Below, piece after piece: positions 49,671 through 63,630 of a stretch of 64,000 bases of DNA. Source of the stretch: Haplodiscus bocki (Eukaryota). The translations under genes were made by a program, and so were the position numbers. The notes beneath the pieces are model-generated. The model had not been told where the DNA came from. It did not search any database and was given only the letters and a program-made list of their open reading frames with translations. The stretch lies in assembly GCA_965655095.1 (NCBI GenBank), contig OZ296651.1, positions 54,994,001-55,058,000 of the forward strand. The letters are read 5' to 3'. Numbering within the stretch: the stretch's first letter is position 1; every line of letters starts with the position of its first letter.

Positions 49671-52165
49671 TTCGTTTCACCTATGGTTCTCTTGGTTTCG
49701 TATTTGTACCGCTAGGGCTGTTTCCGGCCTTAGTTTTATTCGTCCGTTTAATCGTAACCAATAGTTTGTAAAATGACAAAACAATTTCCGTTGGTTATTT
49801 CGTTTATCTGATTTCGGTGCAATAATCATCAGTTTTAGTACTACTGTGTGCTTATTTTCTTTGGTTACATCAGATATGATTAAATGATTTTGGCCGTATC
49901 CGCTGGCAAATTGGGGGTGTAAAAAATGATTAAGAAAAATCCTCTTCGTTTTCATTCGTTTATGTCACCATTTTGATTGACAAGCTCTTTTAGTTGATGT
50001 GTCAGCTATTCTAATTGTCGCGCAGGATCAATTATCTCAGAACTAAAGGATTAAATTTCTTCTCTAACCATTCCCATCATAATATCCATGCAAAAATAAA
50101 TGTCCGAAAAAAGGTGTAATTTTTTACTAGAATTCAAAAATTAATATTGTCTATCATAAAAAAATGTGGGTATAACTTGAGCACACTTTTACATGCAATT
50201 TTTAACGTAGTTTTGGAAAATGTATTTTGCAAGTTAGTTTTTTATAATACTCTTGATCAGAAATTGCGATTTTCTGCAATTAATCAAAAATCATTTTCCG
50301 AAAAATCCTTATTTTGGTCAATTTGAGGTCATTTTTGCCAAGGTAAATAAATTTTTTTCAGGGCGGAAGTGGTTATTTCCTGTTAGCACATTTCAAGGGC
50401 CGTGTTTCGAAGAAAAGATAAGCTCTCTAGTTGGTTCGAACAAAAAGTTATTCAGTTTCTTGCAACTATACCGATTTTGGCCATTCTTGGCTAACAAGGT
50501 CCACATTCAAAGTCGTTTTTCTCAACGTACAGGATAAATTTGGGAAAATCCACGGTCACTTTCTTGGGAAAGACTGTTGGAAACATTGTGTTAAACTTTG
50601 AGTTTTCCATCTTCAAAACGGTGCGGAGGGGGGCTATCCGCTTTGCAAGCCGGCTTTTTCCAAAATTCATGATTTATCTAGTTATAACTTTGTGGGGCGG
50701 CCATTTGTAGCTTGTTAAGCTCGATCTAATGTTTATTTTGCTTTATCACATTTTTTGATTTTCGATTGGTAGTAATTCAGTTGATTTCTATTAGCTAATT
50801 GTTGATTAAAAAGCGAAAAAATGCGATTTTTATCGATTTTAAACTATTTTGTGCGTTCTTTGGCCATTTCTTCCTTGGTTCTCGACAATGACTGAATATA
50901 ATCAATTCAATCTTCAGAGACATTAGTTCATTCAAACATCTTCCGTTTAACACTGTTTCGAGATTTTGCTGTTGCGGGGTTCCCTCAGAATAAATTTTAA
51001 ACTGAACTCAATTGAGCAATTTCTGCTGTGCACTTTTCGTTTGCAACAATTTTCCAATGTCTAAATTTCGTCGGATTTTGCTCATATTCCAATCTTAAGT
51101 TTTCCTATGGATATAAATTACAATGGTGAAAACGGTTTGTCGATATCTTTTTTCATCTTTGAGAAATAGGGAAGCAACCATTGGGGACCATTTTAAAAAA
51201 AGCTCTAATTCTGATCAGCGACAGCGTAAATATGCTAATACGTGAGGCAGTGGCGGCGGTGTGCGTGGTCAGATATCACTCCAAAAGCACTTCTATTCTT
51301 TTCCTATTGCTTTTATAATAATTTGTTTCCACTCCGCTTGCACTTTTATTCGCTTCTAAAGTTTCAACTGAACTATGAATGAACGATTTTACCATTTCCG
51401 GACCCTAATAATTTTCGTTTTGACTTTTCAACACTTTTTAATAAATAGCATGCGGTCAAAATCAACCACCTTGTTCGTCTTGAAATGTAGTTTCAATTGG
51501 TGAGAACCGTTTTGCTCTATCTATAACAGTCTTTGGGAAATTTCGCGTTACATTTCGGGTTTCAAATAGACCAAACACTAAATCATATGCTGCTGTTAAT
51601 TTGCTATGTTAATACACTTGACACGGTCGTTCTAAAACAAGTAATACTTGCTGCGCTCCTTTTTTTGTTCTAGCGTAATGCTTATTCATTTCAGTGTTCA
51701 CTTTTCACGCATCATTTTTACTGCTAAATTTCACACAATTCGCATGCACTAAAACAGCAAAAACAGTATTGCAAAAATGGCAAATAAGATTGATTTGGAA
51801 TCTAAGCGTACGCTCTCGTTCTTATAACTTCGAAACACATAGTGTAAAAATTTTAAGGCTTATGGAGAGCATTTTTGGTCCTGTGCCTATTAATCTTGTC
51901 AATGTTGAACCTTCAAATATCAAGGAAAACTGGCCCCGTTTTATTATTGTTTTGGATGTTAATTTTACTGTAATCTCTCCCCTCGTCCCAAGTACCTTGT
52001 CTAGTGTTAATGCAAAGCTTACGGGCGTAATTAAATTGTCTTGTGACTATCCTAATTTAACTTGGGACCATGTAAATAATATCTCTTCACGTCCTTTAAC
52101 CAATATTACCAGAAGTCCCCCAGTATGCCGTTACTCGTAAATTTGCATTTTTCATTCAAGCCGAT

Positions 52166-52642
52166 ATGGACTTCAGCCACAGTTCATCACCCTACTGTTT
52201 CCTTAATCACCAGTTGTATGGGATTAATAATAAAAGGACCGTGGTTCACTTTCGCTCATACGGAAATCGGCGGCGGCGCTTCTTTCGCTTTATTAAACTA
52301 GAGAATCAAAATTTGGTGTGCTTCTTCTCCATCTACCGATACTCGCTGCTTCGAACGTTGTTGTCACTCCCCGAAGGCTTTATAGAATTAATGCAGCGTG
52401 GTCCCCGTGAAAGTGAGTCGCTTTATTTGCAGTTTATTCTTCAACGTCTCGGCGATTTGATTTATATTCCCCATCTTCTCGCTCACGCCGTATTAACTTT
52501 GTACACTAGTTCACCAACGATTGTATCTGGATGGGAAGCCGCTACTACTACAAATCAACAAAATGTAATTCAAACATTGGATGAGTATACTTTCGGTGTG
52601 CGTCCTGGTAGGTGGCGCGAAATTTTCCGTAATAAAGGTTAA
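52166..52642 (+). CDS. Hypothetical 158-aa ORF in a cluster of short intronless ORFs
   Basis: ATG-initiated and closely spaced with 51862-52140 and 52661-52843; no motif recognised. Confidence 0.3.
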   Translation: MDFSHSSSPYCFLNHQLYGINNKRTVVHFRSYGNRRRRFFRFIKLENQNLVCFFSIYRYSLLRTLLSLPEGFIELMQRGPRESESLYLQFILQRLGDLIYIPHLLAHAVLTLYTSSPTIVSGWEAATTTNQQNVIQTLDEYTFGVRPGRWREIFRNKG

Positions 52643-54899
52643 TCAGCATTATGAGAATGTGTGTTTTCTCCAGCAACAGGCCCTCAGGCAAGAAAGGAAA
52701 AGATAGAAAAACATTGGCAATATTGGAAAGAACATAGTCTGGACTTCCTAAACACATATATCGAGGGGCCTGTCACGAACAAAAAGGTAAACCGGCGTCC
52801 GCCTATTCAAACAAAGGAATTTGGCTCTGCATATTCTTCTTAATCATCACACACAGGTTATTATGAACATTATTATTTATCCCCCTCTGACTATCAACGT
52901 AAGCAAATATTAAAATTAAAGCGGCATAAAATAAAAAATGATTAATTGTCAGGTTAAATACCAGTTAAAAGAAGTTTTGAGTTATAATGTCATAATACGC
53001 GTTCTGTGAAATTTTTTTAAATTTTTCTTTGATAATGAATGCCACACTGTTCTTACTGAAACCCTAAGTCGTCAAAGTGCTGACCATGTTTTAAAGTACT
53101 TCATGGACAAAGTTTTCCATACTAAGTAAAAGTGAACCAATAAGAATACTGCATAAAGGCGAGCCTTATTTAGAGATTGAGTTTGGGGCTTAACCAAACT
53201 GCTCGAACTCTTCAGTAATTTCTGCAATATGTACCAACTTGTGCACGTGCTCTCTTCCTAATGTTCTCTGACTGAATTTCCAAAGAGGTGCACTATTGTA
53301 GCTGGCCCCCTGAGACGTAAAAATTGTTTCCAGTGATTTTCTTTATCACAATGTGCGTTACAGGACCCCTTAAAATCTCCGAGAACGATCAGAATGACCG
53401 TCCCTGGGTTTGGAAACGCGTCTGCTTCTGATTAAGGAACTCTCACAGCTGACATTTTTGGTGGTGAAACTGATGCTGATCTTTATACATCTTTCGACAG
53501 TACCAATGCCTTAGTAGTCCTCACGTGCCCTCATCATTCAACTTAGGCACTGAAGAGGTTGACCTTCTCAACAAAAATGGGGTGAGTATCTACGTGCCTA
53601 ACTTCCATTCTTTTACGATTTGTCTTACTGATTTTTGCGTCTTCTTATCAAAGTTGATAGAGACGCCGATTTGTCCAAACTCTTAAAAATTCTCTGCCTA
53701 CGTTTGTGGAACGCTCATCATCTTCGGCAGGTAGTCTTTCTTTTTGTATTGAAACTACCATGCAGGGCCCCCTCTGGTGCCGTTTTCCCTTGTTTCGTTT
53801 CGATTCCCATTTTCATAGCTCATCTTTTTCATTTTGATTGACATTAGCTCTCACTCTTCTCAATGATATTTGTCCGGCGCCACTGCAATTTTTAAAGTAT
53901 TTTTTTCTGACTTTTCTAAAAAATGGGAAACAATGTGCTTAATTCAATGCGTTGTATAATCTGCAATTTTTTTCCTCAGCCATTAGCCCAAGTTGGACTT
54001 TAAAAATCTGACACCTGGGTGCTGCTGTCAATGGTAATGATGGCAGTACATTACTATCATTACCATTCGAGCTCATCTGCATAGCATACCCTCCTAGTTC
54101 GCGACCGATATTCAACAATACTTACCAAAGCTAACTGATTGTTGTTGGAGCTCTACCCATATACTGTTGGTTGTTCTCTCAAGAGATTGAAAATGCTTGT
54201 TCGAAAAACCAATGAGATTTCAGCAAAACCAGGTTTGCGCAAAGTTTTTATTCTTAAAATGAAGCGTTTGCGAAGCACGGATTCCATGGATTCCGAAAGA
54301 AAACGCAAATCAGTGAGGGTAATGTCTTACCTCTTTATGAAAGACATTTTTTGTCTACCAAACTGCTTGAGGGCTGTAAAATCTAACAGTCGCGTTTCCG
54401 GCCTGTTTGCTGTATGCAGTATGTGTGTCTCAATTGTTAGTAAGCTATAAAGGTCTGGTTAACCAAGTTAGGATTAGGACATACGTTAAATCAACCCTAC
54501 CAGTTTTAGAATGTCCCTTCGGCTCGTCATTATCAGCTGAATTCTCAAGTGTTTAAGTTTCGATTGTTTCTGGACTCCCTCTCCGGGGGAAATTGAGTTG
54601 GTTGACTAGAAATTTTGGGGCAAGGTAGAGGTCAGGTCATCTTTGGGCACTACTGTTTCATTTGCAGTCAGGTTGTCAATCGGCATGGTGGGCAACAATA
54701 TCTGAGATTTTTTGCGTGGGAACATTCTTGCTGAAAAGCAATCTATATAGGATCTGCGTTCTTGTAATGCCAATTAGCGATATCTGCAGGTTTAGATGGA
54801 CAGTACTTTGAAAAGTATGAAGAATCGAATCCAACGGAAATCTCTTAAGGGATTTTTTGTGGATTTGGTACCGGGTCAAGGACTTCAGAATAAACAATA

Positions 54900-57800
54900 A
54901 TCTTTAAAGAGTTTATGGTTATGGATTGACTTTGCAATGCTTTTAAGATTTTTACTTCATAAAAGTTTTCTTATTCTGCTATTTTTGTTAAAATGATGTT
55001 ATTTTTGGAACCCTTTTCTAAAAAGGACATGAAAAAAATTTTTGCAATGATGTACTTAGTTTGTGTTTTCGCTTTACGGTTATAAACAATATAATAGGGT
55101 ATACGTCCATGGAAAACTCTGAAAAGTACACCTCCTAAAAAGCATGACACTTGTTATTGGGATTGATAACTGCCAGAAATTAAGGCTATTGATATCGATA
55201 AGCACCTTGCAACACTCTGAGAGTAGTTTTGACAGATCCATCCATCCTTTCCACGATTCCGATGTTTTGGGAGTGTTTTGTGGAAACGTGTCGAAGCTTG
55301 ACACCTAGGACAGTCGCAGTTTAGATATATCTTGAGACACACAAAATGGAAACTTTCCCCAGCATTAGAATGGTAGGTAATTGAGTGTGTTTGCATATGG
55401 GATGCAGACCGTTTTGCGAAGGGATTACGGCATTTCGCGCTCTTACTTGGGTTATGCAAAAAGTTAACTTTTCTGGGCAATTCAAAATTTTCTATTCTGT
55501 TTCTAGCTTTGAGTTTTTTTCTTGGCGGACTAATGGCATTTCATGACCCAAAGTTTGATGTATTTGGCCATACATAGATAAGAGTATTTTGATAATTTTC
55601 CGCGATTGGCGTTATCATTATGGGGTGGTCGGAGTTTTTCTACTTGAATGGCATGCAAAATTTCATTCAGAAGTTGTTTTTGCAGAAAGAATTGGTAGTG
55701 TGAGATTTTGCATGTTCCGCATGTAACACGTATTGGTTGATTTCGATTCCTATCTGGTTCTGAATCTATCGCCAACTCCTAAACACAGAGAGAAACTCCG
55801 TTTTACCTGCGCGTACTTTGTGGACAAACGAATTGAGTCATCCCAAACCAAGATCAGTAATCAGTGAAATTTAAATTTTTGCACCGACTTGGAATTGTGC
55901 AAAATTGTTCTGGTTAAATCCAACTATTGATTGATTCACCTGTTGAAATTACATAACGTCGGCAATGTTGAGCGTCGTTTGACTATCCGACGCATGTCGA
56001 TTTACTCACCGTGTTGGTAGCAATCGGGTTCCAGTTACAGTGGCTTTTCGTCTGCAACTCGCGTCGGTTGAATTGTACAATTAGCTCGATTGGCTAGACA
56101 TGAGTGTTATCTGATTGTCCACTTGAATTTTTCAATCACTCCTACTTTGATTTGAAACAATTAGGCTGCCGCAATAATGGTTCTGTGGGTATAACGGGAA
56201 GGGAAATTTTGAATTGAAGCACAAAGTCTTACGCGTTGCTTATGATCTTTGTTTGAAAACATTTGGTGATGGTCATGTCGTCCACGAGTACTAAAAAAGA
56301 TACTGCATTTTCCCATGAAAGTGCACCATTCTGAAAATACAAGGTAAAATGAAGTGAATTCTTTTGCATAAATGCAGTATCTAATTTGGGAGGGTATGAA
56401 TTTTTTGGAATCATTGCTTTTAAGTTTCAAGTTGGAGTTAAAATCAGGGTTACCCTCAGTAGAGCATACCCTCCTGCATTAAGTCTGACGTGAGTCATCA
56501 GTACCATTTGTTTGCTTTTCCGATGTTGTTTGGCAACAATTGTCCTAGCATGTGCTCAGCCTAATAGAGGTCTGCATAAGTTCTGCTGTGATGACAAATG
56601 TTTCTGTAAAGGTCAGGAGAGAGAAAGATGGTGTGAGTTTTTCAAAGGCCCTCAGTTCATTGTTCCTGTAGCAGTTCAAGAATCCAGTGTAACTTTGTAA
56701 CGCTTTTTGGCTTTTATGTGGCCACATGTTCCGGGAGTTTTCTCGCATATTGCTGTTTCTGCAGCAACTCATGCTGATGTCAGTGTTTGTCCCAGAAAAC
56801 TAAACGGTTTTACTGCAGAATGGTATATCGTTATCTCTAATGTGAGTCTTCTTGTTTCTTTGCTTTGGACAGAAACTGTTGAAATGTTTCAGCAGGGTCT
56901 ATAGTATCGCTAGCTGCATTTCCGAAACTTACTTCCTAATTGGTGTTATGGTCTGCTTTGATCATTTGGTCAATTGCCGAGGGTTGATCAATTTCCAGGG
57001 GCTTGGCTCCAACCTGTACTGTTGTGACTGAAAAATCGTCTTAAGACTAATATTTTTTCCCCATTTATCCTAAAAGTCTCTGTCCTCCACTGGGTTTTCG
57101 TTATGCGAAAAATGGACAGGCATATTTTGAGAAAAGTAAAGCTTCTGAATACAAAAATTGTGTACTAGAGCAAAGTCTCTTTTGATGAAATCCTTTACGC
57201 TGAGTGTTATGGGTACTCTATAATTGTACGATGTGTTGTCATCGTTGGGCGTTAGCTGGACGCTTACGACATTGTTCATTCCAGTTTCGAGTGGTGTCCG
57301 GCGAATATATCAAAGATATTCCGCCACAACTTCTTCGGCGTGGCATTTATCTAAATCATGGTTGTCTCATTCCAGCTAAACTCGACCAAGAGGACCTAAC
57401 AAGATTCCAGAGTATCGAGGATTCGTAGTTGCTGAAACACTTCGAATTCCTTGAGATTGCATTTTTTAATACCTGTATGTTTCAGGTTTTTCTGAATGGG
57501 AAACCAATATTGTTCTGCGTCTTTTTTACGTAGTATTAGAGACTCTAAAGAACTAATTAGTGAACTGATCCAGACATTCAGCATATCGGTGTCCTATGGA
57601 ACTGAGTTCTGTCCGTTGTAGAGGCTTGACGTGGTTGATTTGTCCTGGTAAAAGCACCCAAATGTTCACAAGGGGGTGTCTGACTAGAAAGTGAAAAAAT
57701 TGTCTTTGAAATTCAATAATTGCAGTGAGATTGCATTGTTTCCAACCGTGCTTATGGATGATGCTCTGAAAAGTGGGTCTAATTTTTTTGCTGATGGTTT

Positions 57801-59600
57801 TGACATACTAGTAGCGTAATGGTTCATCAAATGATCCAACTTGACTGCTCTTGCTGTAGATTCGTGAAAATACACTGTGCTGCTATTCTGTGGCTGGATT
57901 TGTTAGAATTTTTTTGTTTGTAGTCTTCTGGTTACAATTCAACTGATAAGTACGCAAACGTTTGGAATCAATCTTTCATATCAAAAATAGCCTTGGCTTT
58001 TCCCAGAAGAAAGGGGCTACTAGTAATTGTGGAACTATTTTGATAACAATGGCTTGCTCACTTCTGTAAAACTCATCGAAGTCAAAACGTAACTGTATTT
58101 GTGCTGATGGGTTGATCTATTTGTCTTTTAGCAACCATAAATTTTTGATACTTTTCCAGTATCTATATTTAAAAATGTTTGCTCAATTTGTGATCTGCCT
58201 CTGAAGTTGCACTTGTTAACAGGGGGTATCTAAAAGACTGTCTTTTCTCAGATGTCTGTCTCCGAAATCAACGAGTTTGCAGAACATTTTTCGTTTCCTC
58301 TCCAGTATCATGTTGGTTGAAAGCGCTAGGTCTGTGGTTTTGTTATCTTGGTCGTTTATGAGGTGTTGCTCCAGTTCGAGGTAAATTAGAGGTTTCTTTA
58401 AACGTCTTTACCCAAGTTCTAGAGGTTGAAAATGAAGTCTTTTTCTATAAAAATGAGGATCAAGTAAATTGTGTCGAATACAGGAAGGAGTAGTCAGGAT
58501 GACAATAAGCACACTTAGTCCGCGTCATCATGTGAGAGTTCAAAGCTTGGGAAATGGCCCATGGGTTGGTCCTTATGAAACGGTTTCGTGAGGCTATCTG
58601 TGTGATCTGGTCTGAAGAGTGTATTGCAATAACATTTTGTCTCAAGCGCCCATTGTGTCAAGGTTTCAAAGTAGTGCCTATTTGCTTGTAGTTGAAAGGT
58701 TTACCGATGGCCAATTTATGCTGCTGGTTACGGAGAGTGTGTTCCTGATGATACGTTTTGTTGATTTCGGAACACGTTGTTTGTTGGTTCTTTTTTGAGA
58801 TCAATAGGAACAAAGATTTCATCATTAAATGGTAGTCATAGGAATTCTTGTTTAAACCTTCGTATCATATTTGCTTCCTGATTTGTTTCTGTAAAAAACT
58901 CTCCGGTTTTTATTCCTCTTAAAAGTCAGTTTCTTCCCCCAGTTTGCAATTTTTTCTTCATTTTTTTATACTGGTGTCGTAGTAGCTTGTTTGTCTTGCA
59001 ATAAAGCTCTTCGTCAATTTTAGGGCAGTTTTTGCCATTACTGCTTCTATTTTGCAATATTGTTAGTGCCCAGTTGTGAGTGCGTTATCAGTTCGAAAAA
59101 TGTTGTGTATCTATTTCTGCTTACTGTTTGTTTTTTGTTAAAGTGACTGTCATTGTATGTTTTCTATTTGCTCCAGTGTCTTTAGTTTCATTGCAAGTTC
59201 AGTGTGATAAAACTATCTGTTCTTTTGTGCTATTTTGTTGGAGTTACGCACTTTTAGCTGATTGTATGAAGTCAGGAGAGAAATGGGCGTAAATCAAGAA
59301 TTCAACAGTATGTTGCCCGCGTTTTCCAAAAATACATTCGCTACTTGGTGGAGATCTCCTAAAAACTCGGGTGGAGACAGCTCAGATGGGTTGCAAATCA
59401 ACTTTTGCCGAGCAGGCATTGCAGTTGACACAAACTCTGACTTGAAACTTTTTCGTGGAAAGACAACCAGAATGTCCTCAAAGAAGGTACTTTGGATAGT
59501 ATTGAGGTTTTCATAGCTTTTTTTGCGTCAAAACTTTGTTGGCAAAGTTGATCTTTTAATTTCGTAAGGTCAAGTTTTATTTATAATTCTACTTTAAGGG
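54900..59600 (-). mobile_element. Highly decayed Ty3/gypsy gag-pol relic (different family)
   Basis: LLDT (PR, ~58230), VQLTPNDD (RT start), KSQKALQSYTGFLNCYRN, IYAKEF (RNase H) and integrase zinc-finger remnants. Boundaries approximate. Confidence 0.7.
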
Positions 59601-60004
59601 CACTAGTTGGACCATCTGAAACTTTTCCCCGGCTCTTGTTAATTTTCAACAACTGAAGGTGATGCGAAAAATGAGAAGTTTTATAAACTGACTGAGTGTC
59701 AAAGTTCTAGAACAATGCTTAAAAAGAAAATTTATTTCAAAATGGAAATCATTGAGAGAAATGAGCAACTGATATTCAGCATTCATTCTAATTGATTGAA
59801 GTCTCGGATTTTTTCGGTTGTTCTGGCAGCTGTTTTTTGAGTTGGTTTATCGCAAAGAATATGTCAAATTGATGAATTTTGAATTAAAGTGTCTTTTGAG
59901 TTAGTACATCTCCCTGAAGACAAAATAAAGAAAAGGTTTTTTGAACACTACAATATTATTAGTACACACCTGTTGAACCTTCACGTGGTTGTGTTTAATA
60001 TTGT

Positions 60005-61933
60005 TGTCGCGCGGGGGTTGTAGAATATTATTTTGGTTCAAGTTATATTGACAAATACTTGTCAAGTTCTTAGTGTGCGGCCGTTGTTAACTAAACAACT
60101 TTAAGTCTCAAAGTTGCCTCGCCGGGCCCGCGTGAACAAAGTAGAGCGTGAATTCGCTGGCAAGGACTGAGTGAATAGCTATGGAGTGGTTGAAAGATTT
60201 GTTAGGAATTTATTCATAGCAAGCAATTCTATCACATAAACCGAGAAAGTTATGGTTTCAAATCTAATATTTGTAATGTCAAACTTGGATAACTGGGGGA
60301 ACACCACTAGCTCAGGCACACAAAGTTTGGTTCAAATTTCACTCTATTCCAGTGTTATTCGAAGTAAGGAAGTTAACAGATTTACAACCTTGGAGCTATT
60401 TGAACTAGATTATAAACACCCAACAATTTTATTTCAGAATGACAATTCTAAATTTTTCAACGATATTTTAAGGAAAATAGAAAATATTGTTGCACGCGCT
60501 TTGAATTTCGCAATAATAAAATACTCGAATAGTGGTAGCCCCAATAACCAAAAGTAATACATTTTTCTAACTTTGTAGGAGATGAGTCGCCATTGAGCAC
60601 CATCGATTTGCATTTAGTCAGTTCTAGAACGGATAATCCATTTATCCGTCTTTTGTAGTTGTTTAATTTTTAAAATAGTCCTCTAAGTCAATTTTAGCTA
60701 AGACTAGGTGATCCAAGTAATCGATCAACCTAGCGATTTCTCCTAGGCCAGTATTAGTTGTCAACCTGTAGAATAAAATCTAGGGATTTTATGACCGCTG
60801 GCTCAGTTCCGATCAGAAGTTTGGGTTAGTAACTTAGACCCGACTAACTCGCTTTATGCGTAGCCACCGTGCAATTTCTCCTATCAGGAAATTTCCATCG
60901 GATTAAAACCAAATGGGCCTGATCTGATCAGAACTGGGTTAGTAGTAAATTTTATCTAAGACTCAGCATCACTTCACTTTAACGGAGGCAGCCATTTAAA
61001 ACACAACCCCGAATGGAAGGACCGCTGAGCGATTTTCCTAGGTATCGGGAAGTTTAAATTACTAAGCCCTTGTTCAGAGCAGTCTTCGTGGCATATAAAA
61101 CTCTTTATTTGGAGTAAGCTCACGGGACCCGATCTTAATTAACTAAGTTTTTTGGCGAGATGTACTCTACCAGGGTTAGTCATTTTAGATACTAACACTT
61201 TTTTTGGTTTATTTATAATAGCGTTGCTGTTGACGGTCGTTGTTGGGTTCTCATCACAAAAAAAGTATTTTCCTGATATCCTTCAAATAGTTGAGAATAG
61301 TTGGATCGGCCTCGGAATAAGAAGTTAAAAGATTTGAAGAAATTTGAAGTTTTGCTAAGTTTTGAATTTGGAGAGAATTTTGATTTTCAAGAGAAGAGAG
61401 TTGAGATTTTTAAAGTTTTCGAGTTCAGAGTTGGTAGTTGTCAGTAGGCGATCAGAGAAGTTATGATTTTTACTGTTGGCGGCCGGCCGCTCAAAATGGC
61501 GGAGCTCTCGTACTTTTCAAGGCTATGACCAAGTACGGTAGGCCTTGCGCCAAGGAGCACCAAATATGGTGATCTGTCAAAAAGCGTCAAAAAATGAAGA
61601 AGGTGTGCTTTTCGTGAAGCAAAAAAATCAAAATCCGAGAACGAGGGGGTAACAAATAGAAAAGCTTCGTTTTATCAGTTTGAGGCATGGCAACGAAATT
61701 TTGAAGCTTCAAAACGTGCAATTTCAAATTTGTTACCTCTCTCCAACAACTATCCCTTCAAACGGTAAGTTGCTATTATTACTTCTATTATGTCATTTCT
61801 AAATTTAGAACTTGCACTGGATAACGTTATGGCCCGCTTAGCGTTATTGCTAACGTAAATTTAGAACTAGCACTCTTTAACGTTATGGCCCGTTTAACGT
61901 TATGGCTCGTTTAGCGTTATGGCGAACGCGACA
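60005..61933 (-). repeat. 3' LTR (1929 bp) of a related subfamily
   Basis: TGTCGCG...CGCGACA; collinear with but clearly diverged from 31314-33178; PPT adjacent. Confidence 0.9.
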
Positions 61934-61973
61934 GCTCACCCCACTGACAAGGTGTTGAAAATGATTGGGGGTC

Positions 61974-62490
61974 TCAACGGAAAGGGAAAAAGTAGAGAAG
62001 ACTGGGTAGATAGCATTTGGGGGTCAGAAAAAGAAATTTCTAAAGAAATAGTGTCATTATGCAGGTAGCCATCAGTCTCATCGAAAAGTTTCGAATGTGG
62101 GAAGAAGTATGGGTATCGAATTGTCGGTACAGTTGAGTATTCATTTGCAGTCGGTTTGGTTCTTTCTTTCGACTCAATAATCTGGCTCCAAGTATCAAGA
62201 GGGTTCAGCTGGTCACGCACTTTGATCTGGATTATCTTTGAAACTGACCATGGCAGGATATTATCATACTCTCCCATGGATATAGGAAGAAGATAAAAAC
62301 CCATTTTCTAATAGCAGCGACAAACCGAAAGAAGCAGAAAATCCGATAGCAATTATAACCATATGGTTGAGAGCGAAGAAAAGTTGTTTTTCGAGAGGGA
62401 AAATATGGCATAGGTGATATTCAAATCGAGTTGTAATGCTCCTGGCCAAAAACAATTAACCATATTGCTGCAATCAAATTGTGAACTGTA
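61974..62490 (-). pseudogene. TRAF-C domain remnant of the second element
   Basis: GEYDNILPWSVSKIIQIKVRDQLNP...RYPYFFPHSKLF...SSLLFPFP. Confidence 0.85.
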
Positions 62491-63630
62491 AGCTTCGTGG
62501 AACCTAATCTTCAACTGGAACCAACTTGTGATAGGAACAAAATAGCTAGTTTCACCACCGGATTCCCAAGTGGCAAAAATATCTCCAATATTTCGGAAGA
62601 ACAACTTTTGAAAAATGCCGTAATATCAAACCGGCGCTGTGTGGGCACTAAGACAGAGTGGGAGCTAAAATTTTATAGTAGTAGCTCCACTACTATTAAA
62701 ACGACGCCGAAATTTTTATAAAGGACGTCGGACTAGAACCGATCGTCAAAAAGGGACGCCGGAATAAAACCGGATCGTCAAAAAGGGACGCCGGACTAAA
62801 ACCGGGTCGTCAAAAAGTGCCAAATAAATTCAACCTCTTCCGTAAGTTTTTGTAAAGTTATGAAGTCTGTCAGCCTATTTTCAGGCCGTCTGTCTTGGTT
62901 CTCTAAGAATAAAATAATCTGCTAGGCCTCGTCAGGCTAGATATAATTCTGTCTAGTTGAGAAGTATTGAATAATGAATAAAGTATGCGCGCTTGAGTTG
63001 TTATTCGGATAGAGGAAAAATGCATTTTCTCTTGAAAGAGATTAAATGATTTCACAAAAAGTCAAGAAGATTTTGGCCAGGACTTCAGTTTCTGGCATCA
63101 TAAGATGGAGTCAGAGCCGAAAGCTTGTTGAAAAGTTGTCCGCACTTGGCTAAAGAAAACGGGTGAGATGTTGATCAGTGACACCTCGTGCAATTTCCCA
63201 AGGTTAGTGTCCGTTCGGAATGCTATGCGTAATAGGATTGCAGCGAGTAGATTCTCAACAATCCCGATCCTCACTTTGGAAAAATTTCCAAAATTGGATA
63301 GAAGTGTTCTAAAATTTTCCATGAAAATAGTCTCCCAGTGAAGTGTTAATTCTGCTTGGTTTTTGCTATGGCCAGGGCACAATGTTCGCTCAATTCGTGT
63401 TTCACGTAATCTGCGATACTTTTGCTGTTGACAGGTTTTTCAATCCAAGTCAAATGACAGTGCTTTGGATGCGAAGAATAGATATAAGATTGAAGGTAAG
63501 CACTAAGGAAATTGAATTCAACGATATTGGAGCAGAAGATGTTTGAAATGGCTATAAGACGAAACTATAAAAAGGACTTTAGAGGCTTCAGTAGCCCAAT
63601 GGGAGCGGGTCGGACATCTCATCATCAGAC

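Noticed and set aside
53000-54900. Possible env or LTR of the old gypsy relic
   Set aside because: Too decayed; no motif or paired LTR could be identified.
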